Below, piece after piece: positions 9,866-19,454 of a DNA stretch of 64,000 bases. The notes beneath the pieces were generated by a model. The model searched no databases and was not told the origin of the DNA. It saw only the letters and a program-made list of their open reading frames with translations. A program made the translations under genes and the position numbers. Each line of letters begins with the position of its first letter. The first letter of the stretch is position 1. Source of the DNA: an uncultured Chthonomonadaceae bacterium (lineage in GTDB: Bacteria; Armatimonadota; Chthonomonadetes; Chthonomonadales; Chthonomonadaceae); the NCBI GenBank assembly GCA_963835065.1, contig CAWIEK010000041.1, positions 128,001-192,000 of the forward strand, given 5' to 3'.

Positions 9866-10279
9866 TCAACTATCAAGCAGCGCCTTTGCCACAACAGCCA
9901 GAACTTCTCTATCCGCTTTGCGCGGATGTCGCTGTCCACGTTGCTTTTGCCGAATACGCAGACGTTCAAATCGTCGTAACGCTTCAAGATAGATATTGCG
10001 GTCACGCTCGATGGCTGCAAGCGCGGCGACTACCTGCGCTTCCTTCAAGCGGGAGGGTTCGCCGGGTTCAGTCAGTGGCGCATAGCGCGAACGAATTTGC
10101 TGAAACGTTCTCCCGGTCAGCCACCCAAGCCGCAACATGCACGAAGCCAGCGCCGAAACCCGCACCGACAAAGGCCGCTCCGCATTGCGGACTTTCCGCG
10201 CATAGTTATTAAACGAGCCGGGCACAATCCCTCTTTCCCAACTTCCCTGCTCCTGCGTCGGTTCTATTACATCAGCCAC
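9866..10279 (-). CDS. Hypothetical protein
   Basis: 137-aa ORF overlapping the stop of the upstream deaminase, consistent with an operon. Confidence 0.6.
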   Translation of the reverse strand: MADVIEPTQEQGSWERGIVPGSFNNYARKVRNAERPLSVRVSALASCMLRLGWLTGRTFQQIRSRYAPLTEPGEPSRLKEAQVVAALAAIERDRNIYLEALRRFERLRIRQKQRGQRHPRKADREVLAVVAKALLDS

Positions 10280-10647
10280 GCATGAGGCAGCAACTCTCGC
10301 AGGGTTGCGGCTGCGCCCTGCGGCAAAATCACTTCACAGTCGAGATTGCGCTTATCCACTTGCAGCATCAATTCGCGGCAACGTCCGCACGGCGGCAGAA
10401 TTTTGTCAGCCGTGACCGCAACAATTTGCCTGATAACGGTTTCACGGTTGAGAAGCATGGCGGCAATCGCGGCGTGTTCGGCGCAAAAGCCGATGCCACA
10501 GGCAAGGTCAAGACAGATACCTGTGTACACGTTCCCCGCCTCGGTGACAAGCGCGGCAGACACCGACCCCGCCGTCAGCCACGTTTCCGACAGAGAAAAT
10601 TCCCCAACACGCCTCCGCGCTTCCTCAATCAACCGCTCATTTTGCAT
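10267..10647 (-). CDS. Cytidine deaminase family protein
   Basis: CAE zinc motif (FCAEHAAI) and PCGRCRE; GNVYTG. Confidence 0.9.
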   Translation of the reverse strand: MQNERLIEEARRRVGEFSLSETWLTAGSVSAALVTEAGNVYTGICLDLACGIGFCAEHAAIAAMLLNRETVIRQIVAVTADKILPPCGRCRELMLQVDKRNLDCEVILPQGAAATLRELLPHAWLM

Positions 10648-10656
10648 TTTGTTCCA

Positions 10657-11283
10657 CTATCGGCTTTTTTCGCGGCTGCCAATGATACATAACTCTGTGA
10701 CTTTAGTTGAGTATGAGTACTCGCTATGAATTGCCCTTCCAATAATATTTTGAAGATTCTGTTGCAATGTCTCTCGCTCACGGCACTCCGTCCACTGTGT
10801 CTTGCAGAACAGCCAGTAGTCATAATAAGCCCGGGTATCTAATCCAATCACGTCACGGTCAATGACAGGAAAAACATTCGGCAGTATGAAGTGGCACAAC
10901 TTACTTCCGAAAACCGGACTGGAAGCGCTTTTAATGTCAAAAGCAATTGAGTAAAGTTCATCTAACGTGTCCCAAGTTGCTGTCATCAGGCTCAAGGGCT
11001 GCCCATCGGTAGAATCTACGATCTGGCTGTACGCATCTTGTAGTTTCCCCAAGCGTTCGCCACCGCGCACGTAAATTTCCTCTTTGGTCAAAGGCCGAAG
11101 TGCCTTCCAACCCGAAAGGTAATTCACCATCTGCCGCCACCAAGCATCATTTAGCCCCTTTTGCTTCAAACAACAGAGTTCTTGATAAAATTCGTTGTAA
11201 AAGTCGCGGGGCCAATTGGTTTTCTGTGTACGCCACAAACGTACTCCTGCCAAAAGGTTCGCTTGTGTAAGAAGGTTTTCCAT
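10657..11283 (-). CDS. Hypothetical low-GC protein with SKxxHFxxPxxFPxxD motif
   Basis: 208-aa ORF with GGAG RBS, AT-richer than its neighbours; motif FGSKLCHFILPNVFPVIDR. Confidence 0.75.
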   Translation of the reverse strand: MENLLTQANLLAGVRLWRTQKTNWPRDFYNEFYQELCCLKQKGLNDAWWRQMVNYLSGWKALRPLTKEEIYVRGGERLGKLQDAYSQIVDSTDGQPLSLMTATWDTLDELYSIAFDIKSASSPVFGSKLCHFILPNVFPVIDRDVIGLDTRAYYDYWLFCKTQWTECRERETLQQNLQNIIGRAIHSEYSYSTKVTELCIIGSREKSR

Positions 11284-11339
11284 CTTAACTCCATTGTTCT
11301 CTACACACTTGGTATAAATGTATAAATAAAATTCGAAAA

Positions 11340-11435
11340 TTAATTTAATAATGCATAGCCGACAATAACCAGATACCTAACTTGATTGGCGTTGAAGATG
11401 CTCAACAGTTCTTTGAAGTCGGAGTTGACGGACAT
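11340..11435 (-). pseudogene. Truncated 5' end of a nucleotidyltransferase-like (DUF6036-type) gene
   Basis: Not in the ORF track. Reads MSVNSDFKELLSIFNANQVRYLVIVGYALLN*, matching the DFKELL..FN...V.YL.xGGYA start of this family, then stops in AT-rich DNA. Confidence 0.7.
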
Positions 11436-11583
11436 CGCGCCCCTTTATGGCATAGGCTTGCTCTACCAATTCCCACGCGGCGGCAAAGCGCTGCGTATCT
11501 GTTTGCGCCTGCCAAAATTGCAAGTCAAACGACCTATCCAAATCTTCTATACGGCCAATTTTTTCGACGAACCCGGTTCGCAT
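11377..11583 (-). CDS. Small protein typically paired with nucleotidyltransferase (antitoxin-like)
   Basis: GAGGAGGAG RBS; FDLQFWQAQT..QRFAAAWEL...RLQRTV; overlaps the NTase remnant. Confidence 0.75.
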   Translation of the reverse strand: MRTGFVEKIGRIEDLDRSFDLQFWQAQTDTQRFAAAWELVEQAYAIKGRDVRQLRLQRTVEHLQRQSS

Positions 11584-11612
11584 TGCTCCTCCTCACCTAC
11601 ATTGTAGCGTTC

Positions 11613-11876
11613 TCAATAATGGTAGCGGCAGGCCAGCACACGAATTTTATTTTCTTCTTCAAGGACGCAGTAGACAAGCCGATGCTCCTGCGTAATGCGT
11701 CGTGACCAGCAGCCTGTCAATTCGTGCTTCAATGGTTCCGGCTGTCCTGTACCTTCGTAGGGAGTACGCTGTACTTCCTGTATCAACTTGAAGACGCGCA
11801 GAGCAGCCTTGCGGTCATGCTCAACCCACCATTGCAAATCTTCAAACGCATTGGCGTCAAATTCCAAGTTTTTCAT
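11613..11876 (-). CDS. yoeB: Txe/YoeB family toxin
   Basis: AFEDLQWW...PYEGTGQPEPLKHELTGCWSRRITQEHRLVY...CRYHY. Confidence 0.95.
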   Translation of the reverse strand: MKNLEFDANAFEDLQWWVEHDRKAALRVFKLIQEVQRTPYEGTGQPEPLKHELTGCWSRRITQEHRLVYCVLEEENKIRVLACRYHY

Positions 11877-12069
11877 GGGCGTCCTCAAGCGATATACCGT
11901 CTTTACGGTCTTTGGCTGCCAGCAGGCGTTGCTTCATGGTCTCGCTTTTCAGCAGGTACGCCGTTTCGCGCTCGGAAGCCAATTCATGCCAGAGCGCAAT
12001 CGGCACGATGACGCCGATGTTGTTGCCTTCCGCGTCCGATACATACTGAACTTCCGTCATATCCAACAT
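11857..12069 (-). CDS. Antitoxin partner of YoeB
   Basis: 70 aa, GGAGG RBS, overlaps the toxin start; ETAYLLKS motif as in YefM C-termini. Confidence 0.85.
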   Translation of the reverse strand: MLDMTEVQYVSDAEGNNIGVIVPIALWHELASERETAYLLKSETMKQRLLAAKDRKDGISLEDAHEKLGI

Positions 12070-12122
12070 GGCAGCCTCCTAACCAAGCAAAATGCGTTTC
12101 CCGTATTTCAATTGAGTATACA

Positions 12123-13301
12123 TCAGGAAATGGAATGGAAACCGGCGGACGCGCCGACCCATTCCAGATTGCGGTTTTGGTCTACGCCCATCATGCTGCC
12201 CCGGCCCATGCGAATGAGGGGGCACACGGCGCGTAATTCGTCTTGCCACACGTACATAATGCGGATTTCGGCTTTGGTCAGACCAAACGGGGTTTCGATG
12301 TGCGGCGCGAACGCGACCTTTTCCTGCAAGATATACTGTGAGCGGTCCGGGATGGCTTCAATCTCTTCGCGTGTCGGGCTGATGCGGACGCCCAGGCCGG
12401 CAAACGAGAACAGGGGCTTGAGGACGTAGTTTTCCAGATCGGGCGGCAGGGAAGGCAGTTGATCCAGAAACCACGTTTTGGGTACGCAGGGATGATGGAG
12501 GTATGGAAGCGAAAACTTACTGATTTTGAAGTACCAGTCGGGATGCCCCGCCCACTCCACGTCCAAATCGGCGTCCCACGCGAAACCGGGCTGCACGTTT
12601 TTGCGCTCCAACTCGTCGGCAATCACGCGGTTGTAAATGCGCCGTATGGGAATCTGCCTGCCGTCGCGCTCATAAAACAGATGGCGACCCTCCTGCCGCA
12701 CTTCGGCCACATCCACGATTGCCAGCCCGCACATTTTTTGCGTGAGCAAAAAGTCGCACAGGGTTTTCTGCGCGTATGGCTCGATTTCCAGCAAGGCAAC
12801 GGTTTCCGGCTCGTGTTCGCCCACAATCGCGGTTCGCAGCAATCGGTTGTAGCCGTCCGCATCCAGCCCGCCCAAAAACGGCTGTAAACCGGCATCCAGC
12901 CCATACGCCTGCCGGTACGCTTCCGCTTGAAACGGCTGATAAGCGTACAGGGACGGAAACCCCTGTATCTCCACAAGGCGCGGCTGCGCGTCTTCAGTCA
13001 GTCCAAAATCTACCTGCATGAACAGGGGCGGCTTGCCATCGTTTCGCGCCCGAAAGTTGACTGGTATAGTTTCCGCCGCCAACTTCAAATACTCGGCGTT
13101 GGAAACCAACTGCCCCACCAATTCTTTCCCCACATCGGCCATCTGTTCCAGCAGCGCAGTAGGAAAGAAACACGGCGTCTCGCAGTTGCGGAAGGGCACT
13201 TCAATGCCGCACCCCGCATCCAGCCGATGCAAAAAGTCCCGGTACTTGTCCGGGGTGAACGCGGCGTTAAAGGCGTGGCGGAGGGAAGGGAGCATAGGCA
13301 T
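12123..13301 (-). CDS. Circularly permuted ATP-grasp-like ligase (start probably 13295)
   Basis: FMQVDFG..RLVEIQGFPS, IRRIYNRVI, ISKFSLPYL, YVLKPLFSFAGLGV, YILQEKV. Confidence 0.75.
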   Translation of the reverse strand: MPMLPSLRHAFNAAFTPDKYRDFLHRLDAGCGIEVPFRNCETPCFFPTALLEQMADVGKELVGQLVSNAEYLKLAAETIPVNFRARNDGKPPLFMQVDFGLTEDAQPRLVEIQGFPSLYAYQPFQAEAYRQAYGLDAGLQPFLGGLDADGYNRLLRTAIVGEHEPETVALLEIEPYAQKTLCDFLLTQKMCGLAIVDVAEVRQEGRHLFYERDGRQIPIRRIYNRVIADELERKNVQPGFAWDADLDVEWAGHPDWYFKISKFSLPYLHHPCVPKTWFLDQLPSLPPDLENYVLKPLFSFAGLGVRISPTREEIEAIPDRSQYILQEKVAFAPHIETPFGLTKAEIRIMYVWQDELRAVCPLIRMGRGSMMGVDQNRNLEWVGASAGFHSIS

Positions 13302-13396
13302 TAGGCATTAGGCATTAGGCATTAGGCACACGACGTTAGAATGATGCGCTTGTTCAACAAGGTACATCCTAATGCCTGATGCCTAATGCCTAATGC

Positions 13397-14413
13397 CTAT
13401 ATCAAGAATTTCCCGGCCCGCATGATCTGATAATCATCGGCCCAGATGTCGAATTTGAGACCTACTACGTCAATGTGCGTGGACGAGTCCCATTGGGCGC
13501 CCGTGTGCAGGCCGTAGGGGTTGCCGAAGGCGATGTGGACGCCGGGCAGTTTTTCGTCCTGCAAAATGTTGCCGATTACGTCGGTCAGGCCGATGTTGGT
13601 TCCGATGGCGAACTCGCCCACGCGGTCACTGTTCTCGTCCACGTGCGTGTAGTTCCAGAACTCCTCGACCAGTTCTTTGTTGACGCTATCAGCGTGGACG
13701 AGGCGGTTGCCTTCCACGCGAATCGTTAATGGCGTTTCGTGCAGGCTGCCGTACTTGGCGCATAGGTAATCGCCCACCACCCCATCAATCACGAACGTGC
13801 CGTTGACTTCGTGGGGCGTGGTGAACACTTCGCCGCCCGGTAAATTTCCCCACTTGTGCGGGCTGATGATGCCGCTTGTTTTCAGCCACTTGTAATCGGG
13901 GTTCAATTGCGCGGTAATGTCGGTTCCTGACGGCGTGGTGGCGCGAATCACTTTGGCCTGCGTCACGATATCGAATACGCGCACGCTCAGGGCGTCCACT
14001 TCCAGAAAGTCCGCCCGCATCCCCTCCACCATGATCTGCGGTTCGATGTTGACCATGTGCGCGTGGCGGATGCTGCGCCGGTTGACCACTTCCGTCATTT
14101 GCATCCGCGTTTTCAGTTCGTTTGTCTGCGCCTGCACCGCGAAAATGCTCACCTGACTGGTTTCCAGATCGTCCAGCACTTCGCGGGGCATGTCTATGAG
14201 CGGGCGCGGAGCCAAATCTTCCAGAATAAAGGGATGGTACGCGACGCCCAATTCATCGAGTTCGCGCACAAGGCTGGCCGCAATGTCCAGACAGGCGCGA
14301 TCCGTAATCACGGTCACTTTTTCGGACGGCTGTATGCGCAGGCACACCTTGACGGCGTTGTTCGCGCCGGGCGCATAGGCCGGGTTGAAGGGATAGGCGC
14401 TTAACACGCTCAT
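13397..14413 (-). CDS. M29-like (thermophilic metalloprotease) aminopeptidase
   Basis: GNLPGGEVF, VGEFAIGTN, QDEK..GVHIAFG, THID. Confidence 0.9.
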   Translation of the reverse strand: MSVLSAYPFNPAYAPGANNAVKVCLRIQPSEKVTVITDRACLDIAASLVRELDELGVAYHPFILEDLAPRPLIDMPREVLDDLETSQVSIFAVQAQTNELKTRMQMTEVVNRRSIRHAHMVNIEPQIMVEGMRADFLEVDALSVRVFDIVTQAKVIRATTPSGTDITAQLNPDYKWLKTSGIISPHKWGNLPGGEVFTTPHEVNGTFVIDGVVGDYLCAKYGSLHETPLTIRVEGNRLVHADSVNKELVEEFWNYTHVDENSDRVGEFAIGTNIGLTDVIGNILQDEKLPGVHIAFGNPYGLHTGAQWDSSTHIDVVGLKFDIWADDYQIMRAGKFLI

Positions 14414-15675
14414 GCGGGTACGCTCCCTTCCGCTGTTTGCGCCCCACCCGTTTTTACCGCCGCATGGGTTGGAGCGGGGGAGGTTCCATTCGCCTGCGCC
14501 GGATTCGCTGCCGGGACCACATCGCGCTTGCCGTTGGTTGACGGCAGGAGCGAAGTCGCTTCCACCGGACTGTCGGGAGGCAGGGCCGTTTCCGCAACAA
14601 TATAATCTACCACCTTCTTCAAATCTCCTGTTTCACGGTATACCTTTAATTGTCGGTCGGCGCCACTGCCCACTTGAAGCATCGTCTTGATGTATTCCAA
14701 TTCCTTGCGGGAACCCAATTCGTCTACCACATCGTCCACGAAATCCAGATATTCCAGCATCAACTCCTGAAATGGAACTTCGATTTTCTTGCCGAAGTCA
14801 ATCAGCCGGCCTTCCACGCCATAGCGCAGCGCGCGCCACTTGTTTTCCATCAGCAGGTCGCGGCGATAGTGCCGGTAGTCCTGATTGGCGGCGTGAAGTT
14901 TGACCAATTTAGCCACCGTCGCCTGAATCAACGCGACAATGGCAATGGTTTCATCTATACGCAGGGGAACATCGCAGATGCGAAACTCCAGCGTGGGGAA
15001 AAACGGGTGCGGGCGAATATCCCACCAGATTTTCTTGGCGTTGTCAATGCTGTTGGTCTGCACCAGAATTTCGATAAAGTTCTCGAACTCATCCCAACTC
15101 AGAAAATAGTCGGGAATGTTGGTGCGCGGGAACTTATCGAACACCTTACAGCGATAGGATTTCAGGCCGGTATCCAGTCCGAGCCAGAAGGGGGAGTTGG
15201 TAGACAGAGCGAGAATATGCGGCAAAAAGTAGCGCACCGTGTTCATTACATGGATGGCTTCTTCGCGGTCTTCGATGCCGATATGCACATGCAGGCCGAA
15301 AATCAGGTTTGCCCGCGCCACCTGCGCTAAATCCTCGACAATCACCCGATAGCGCTCGTCGGGATAAATCTCCTGTTCGCGCCAGTCGGCAAACGGGTGC
15401 GTCCCGGAGGCGGCAAGCAGCAGGCCGTTTTCCCGCGCCAGTCCGATGATCTGCTGCCGCATTTCCGTGACCTGCTCTTTGGCTTCCTGCACGTTGGCGC
15501 AAATCCGCGTCCCGATTTCTACGACGGACTGGTGCATTTCGGCCTTGACTTCCTCGCGCAGCCGCATTTGCCCCTTGCCGATGATTTCCGCGTCAATGTG
15601 CGAGCGCAAATCGCGGGTTTGAGGATCAATGGTCTGGTATTCTTCTTCAATCCCAATGTTGAAACTGGGCTTCAT
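14410..15675 (-). CDS. Carboxylate-amine ligase (glutamate-cysteine ligase family 2, YbdK-like)
   Basis: IGIEEEYQ, SGTHPF, FGLHVHIG, STNSPFW, WWDIRPHP, TLEFRICD, ENKWRALRYG. Confidence 0.93.
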   Translation of the reverse strand: MKPSFNIGIEEEYQTIDPQTRDLRSHIDAEIIGKGQMRLREEVKAEMHQSVVEIGTRICANVQEAKEQVTEMRQQIIGLARENGLLLAASGTHPFADWREQEIYPDERYRVIVEDLAQVARANLIFGLHVHIGIEDREEAIHVMNTVRYFLPHILALSTNSPFWLGLDTGLKSYRCKVFDKFPRTNIPDYFLSWDEFENFIEILVQTNSIDNAKKIWWDIRPHPFFPTLEFRICDVPLRIDETIAIVALIQATVAKLVKLHAANQDYRHYRRDLLMENKWRALRYGVEGRLIDFGKKIEVPFQELMLEYLDFVDDVVDELGSRKELEYIKTMLQVGSGADRQLKVYRETGDLKKVVDYIVAETALPPDSPVEATSLLPSTNGKRDVVPAANPAQANGTSPAPTHAAVKTGGAQTAEGSVPA

Positions 15676-15821
15676 AATTCCTCCTCAAGCCGGTGGTGCA
15701 GGCATTAGGCATTAGGCATCAGGCAGTGGTGAATTCTTTTGTGCTGAAAATACCGGTATTAGGTGTTCGGTGTTCGGACAATTCGGCATGTTTATGCTCG
15801 AACGCGCGAAGCGCATGAAGT

Positions 15822-16766
15822 CTAATCGGATGTTCTTTCCGCCAGAATGTAACGCGCTTGCGCCACGTCAATTGCCATTTGCGTGGTCAGGGCGGCAAGC
15901 GAGTCGAAACGCAGTTCGTCGCGCAGTTTTTCTATAAAGCGCAGCGACATTCCCTGCCCGTAAATGTCTTCCGAAAAATCAAGCAAAAACGTTTCAATGG
16001 AGCGTCCCGCGCCTTCTACTGTGGGGCGTTCGCCGATGCTGCATGCGCCACCAATTTTGCGCCCATCGTCAAGAGTTGCGACTGCCGCGTAAATGCCGTC
16101 ACCGGGAACCACCTGCCGATAACGCAGTTCCAGATTGGCGGTCGGGTAGCCCAGCGTTCTGCCCAATTTCTGCCCGCTGACGATTGTGCCGACAAGCAGG
16201 TACGGGTGTCCCAAAATAGTTTCCGCAAGCGCGGGGTCGCCGTCGCGCAGGGCTTCGCGGACGCGGGTGCTGCTTGCGGGCGCTCCCGCCGCCATAACGG
16301 GTTCCAGCGCGGTCAAGGTAAAGTCATAGCGCGACTGCGCGGCTTGCAAATACGCCACATTGCCCGCGCGATCCTTGCCGAAACAAAAATTCGCGCCTTC
16401 CACAACAGCCTTTGCGCCCAATAAATCTTTTAAGATGCGCTGTACGAAATCATCCGGCGATAATTGCGCCAGCGCGGTATCGAAATGCGCGATTACCAGC
16501 CCGTCTACGCCAAGTTCGGCAATCTGTTGGTTGCGCTGTTCGGGCGTGGTCAGCAGGGCGGGCGCGCGGCTAGGCGCGAACAATTCCGCCGGATGCCGGT
16601 CAAACGTAAACACCAGCGCGGGGCGGGCGTGTCGCCGCGCATCCTCTACCGCCGCGCGAATAATCGCCTGATGCCCCACATGGACGCCATCGAAGGTTCC
16701 GATAGCCACCGAGGAAGCGGCAAACGGCGTCCTGACCGCTTCCAATCCGTCATAAACATTCATCAT
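15822..16766 (-). CDS. ribF: Bifunctional riboflavin kinase/FAD synthetase
   Basis: IGTFDGVHVGHQ, SSTRVRE, GRTLGYPTAN, IETFLLDF; lies downstream of truB. Confidence 0.97.
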   Translation of the reverse strand: MMNVYDGLEAVRTPFAASSVAIGTFDGVHVGHQAIIRAAVEDARRHARPALVFTFDRHPAELFAPSRAPALLTTPEQRNQQIAELGVDGLVIAHFDTALAQLSPDDFVQRILKDLLGAKAVVEGANFCFGKDRAGNVAYLQAAQSRYDFTLTALEPVMAAGAPASSTRVREALRDGDPALAETILGHPYLLVGTIVSGQKLGRTLGYPTANLELRYRQVVPGDGIYAAVATLDDGRKIGGACSIGERPTVEGAGRSIETFLLDFSEDIYGQGMSLRFIEKLRDELRFDSLAALTTQMAIDVAQARYILAERTSD

Positions 16767-16778
16767 TAACCTTTGGAA

Positions 16779-17777
16779 CTATACCCTCGCAAACACTTTA
16801 TAAGGGTGCAATTGTTCCATCTCTAAGCGGGCAATGGCAATGACATCCCCGCTATCATCCAGCAAGGCAATCGGCGCAGTCAGTTCGCGGGGCGGCCAAT
16901 TGCCGCGCTGCGTTTCCGCTACATCCGCAATAGAAACGGTTTGCCCGCGCCGAATACGCGCGGTTTGCTCGTTATTTAATCGCGCCTGCGGCCAATCGGC
17001 AAGCGCAGTGGATAGCGGCAGCACAACCTTATGCAGCGTTCCCGCCTGCGCTCGTTCGCGCAGTTCGTCCAGGGTATGCGCCTTTTCTAAGGTGAAAGGA
17101 CGGTTCGGCTCGTCCAGCCGCTCCCCAACCCATGCGCGGCGCAGGGTTTGCATCATGCCGCCCACGCCCAACACTGCGCCAATGTCGGACGCAAGCGAGC
17201 GTATATAAGTTCCTGTCGAGCAGGTTATTTCCAGTTGCGCGACGGGATGCGTACCGGATTCAAAGGCCATCAGTTCCAGCGCGTCAATGTGAATGGTACG
17301 CGCCGCGCGCTCTACGGTAATGCCCTGCCGCGCCAGATCGTACAGGCGTTGTCCCTCGTGGTGCAGCGCGGAAACCATCGGCGGAACCTGTTGAATTGTA
17401 CCCCGGAACCGGGGCAGAACCGCGCGTACATCCGCTTCCGTGAGGTGTGCGGCATCCTGTTCGGCTAAAACCTGCCCGCTCGCGTCCTGCGAATCCGTTT
17501 CTATGCCAAATACGAATTGCGCGGTGTAGTGTTTGCGGGCGGCGCTAAGATATTCCGCAATCCGCGTGGCGTTTCCCAGACACAACACCATCACGCCCGT
17601 CGCGTCCGGGTCCAGCGTTCCCGTATGCCCCACGCGCTTTGTCCGAAACAATTTGCGGGCAATCCCCACCACATCATGCGAGGTCATCCCCCCCGGCTTG
17701 TCAATGACAACAATGCCATGCACCACCCCCACTGCCGGACGCCCATTTTGCTGATTGTGCTGAGACTTCATTTCCAT
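16779..17777 (-). CDS. truB: tRNA pseudouridine(55) synthase
   Basis: DKPGGMTSHDVV, VGHTGTLDPDATG, PPMVSA, CSTGTYIRSL. Confidence 0.97.
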   Translation of the reverse strand: MEMKSQHNQQNGRPAVGVVHGIVVIDKPGGMTSHDVVGIARKLFRTKRVGHTGTLDPDATGVMVLCLGNATRIAEYLSAARKHYTAQFVFGIETDSQDASGQVLAEQDAAHLTEADVRAVLPRFRGTIQQVPPMVSALHHEGQRLYDLARQGITVERAARTIHIDALELMAFESGTHPVAQLEITCSTGTYIRSLASDIGAVLGVGGMMQTLRRAWVGERLDEPNRPFTLEKAHTLDELRERAQAGTLHKVVLPLSTALADWPQARLNNEQTARIRRGQTVSIADVAETQRGNWPPRELTAPIALLDDSGDVIAIARLEMEQLHPYKVFARV

Positions 17778-17908
17778 TGCCTGATTGTACCCAATCAAGA
17801 AAAGGCAGAAGCAAGAAAAATTAAAGAAGACGGGCAATCCAAAATCCGTAATCCAACCGTAATCTTTTCATCCTTAATCCTTGCTTCCCTGTGCTATAAT
17901 GAAACACT

Positions 17909-19258
17909 ATGTCACTACGCTCCCTTTTCATTCCTCTTGCTTTGGCCGGCATCGCCGCAACCATTGTGTACAGCGAGCGCGTTGTCGCGCCGCCCGCCAA
18001 AGACGAGAAAATTCACATCAAGTATTGGGAAAAATGGACCGGCATTGAAGGCGACGCCATCGAAGCCACCGTAAATGCCTTCAACGCTTCCCAGGACCGT
18101 ATTCACGTGGATTTGCTGACCATCAGCAGCATCGAGCGCAAAACCCTGCTGGCCACGGCAGGCGGCAATCCGCCCGATGTGGCAGGTTTGTACGGCCCCA
18201 ATGTGGCGCAGTACGCCGACGACAACGCCGTGCTGCCGCTGGACGAGTATTGCCGGCGCAATCATTTGTCGCGCGACCAGTATATCCCCGTGTATTGGGA
18301 CATGGGCACGTATCACGGCCATCAGTACGCGCTGCCCTCCGTGCCCGGTTCTGTCGCTCTGCACTACCGCAAGGATATGTTCCGGGAAGCAGGCTTGAAC
18401 CCGGATACGCCGCCGACCACGTTTGAGGAGATGGATGCGGCCTCGCAAAAGATCACCACGTACACCCCGGACAAGAAAATTGACAGGTCTGGCTTCATGC
18501 CCGCCGAACCCGGCTGGTGGCCCTGGTGCTGGGGCTACTACTTCGGCGGCAGCCTGTGGGACGGCAAAGACAAAATCACCGCCAACAGCCCCGAAAACGT
18601 CCGCGCGTTCGAATGGATACAATCGTACTCCAAAAAGTTCGGCGGCACGAACCTGCAAAGTTTCCGCAGCGGCCTGGGCAACTTTTCCAGCCCGCAAAAC
18701 GGCTTTCTAGACGGCAAAGTGGCGATGGAATTGCAGGGCGTGTGGATGTACAACTTCATCAACAAGTACGCGCCCAAAGTGGAAGGCCCGCCCCGCGAAT
18801 GGGGCGCGGCTCCGTTCCCGCACCCCGCCAACCGTCCCGATCTCGCCGGGGGCACGATAGCCGATGAAGACATTCTCGTGATTCCGCGCGGCGCTCCGCA
18901 CCCGGATGAGGCGTTTGAGTTCATCAAGTTTGTCGAATCGCAAAAAGGCATGGAACTGCTGTGCCTGCTGCAAGGCAAGCAATCCTGCCTGCGCAATGTC
19001 AGCCCGGAATTCTACAAAAAGCATCCCAATCCGTACATCAAGCTGTTCACCGACCTGCCGAAAGGGAAGAACGTCTTCACGCCGCCCAAAATCGGCATCT
19101 GGCCCGAATACAGCAGCGAAATCACCAATGCGTTCGACGAGATTTCGCTGGAAAAGAAGACGCCCAAAGAAGCGCTCGACGCGGTTCAAGCCCGTATGCA
19201 GCCCAAACTGGACGAATACCTGGCGCAGTTGCGAAAACGGCAAAGCGTTGAGCATTAA
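17909..19258 (+). CDS. Carbohydrate ABC transporter substrate-binding protein
   Basis: AGGNPPDV, YRKDMFREAGL, FLDGKVAMELQGVW, EAFEFIKF. Confidence 0.92.
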   Translation: MSLRSLFIPLALAGIAATIVYSERVVAPPAKDEKIHIKYWEKWTGIEGDAIEATVNAFNASQDRIHVDLLTISSIERKTLLATAGGNPPDVAGLYGPNVAQYADDNAVLPLDEYCRRNHLSRDQYIPVYWDMGTYHGHQYALPSVPGSVALHYRKDMFREAGLNPDTPPTTFEEMDAASQKITTYTPDKKIDRSGFMPAEPGWWPWCWGYYFGGSLWDGKDKITANSPENVRAFEWIQSYSKKFGGTNLQSFRSGLGNFSSPQNGFLDGKVAMELQGVWMYNFINKYAPKVEGPPREWGAAPFPHPANRPDLAGGTIADEDILVIPRGAPHPDEAFEFIKFVESQKGMELLCLLQGKQSCLRNVSPEFYKKHPNPYIKLFTDLPKGKNVFTPPKIGIWPEYSSEITNAFDEISLEKKTPKEALDAVQARMQPKLDEYLAQLRKRQSVEH

Positions 19259-19261
19259 AAC

Positions 19262-19379
19262 GTAGGGGCACAACATGTTGTGCCCGCCGTATTGTACCGG
19301 CGCTGTTCAAGGCGTTGATACCAGCGCTGTACAAAGCATTTGCATCCGTAAGAGCGGGCACAACATGTTGTGCCCCTAC
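19262..19379. repeat. Inverted pair of GTAG-type REP elements (REPIN/BIME-like)
   Basis: GTAGGGGCACAACATGTTGTGCCC (19262-19285) and its exact reverse complement (19356-19379). Each is palindromic. Confidence 0.9.
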
Positions 19380-19454
19380 CAACCTTGATTTAGCAAGCCA
19401 TCGTTGAATTTTATGACTAATCCAAAATCCAAAATCCAAAATCGAAAATCGAAA

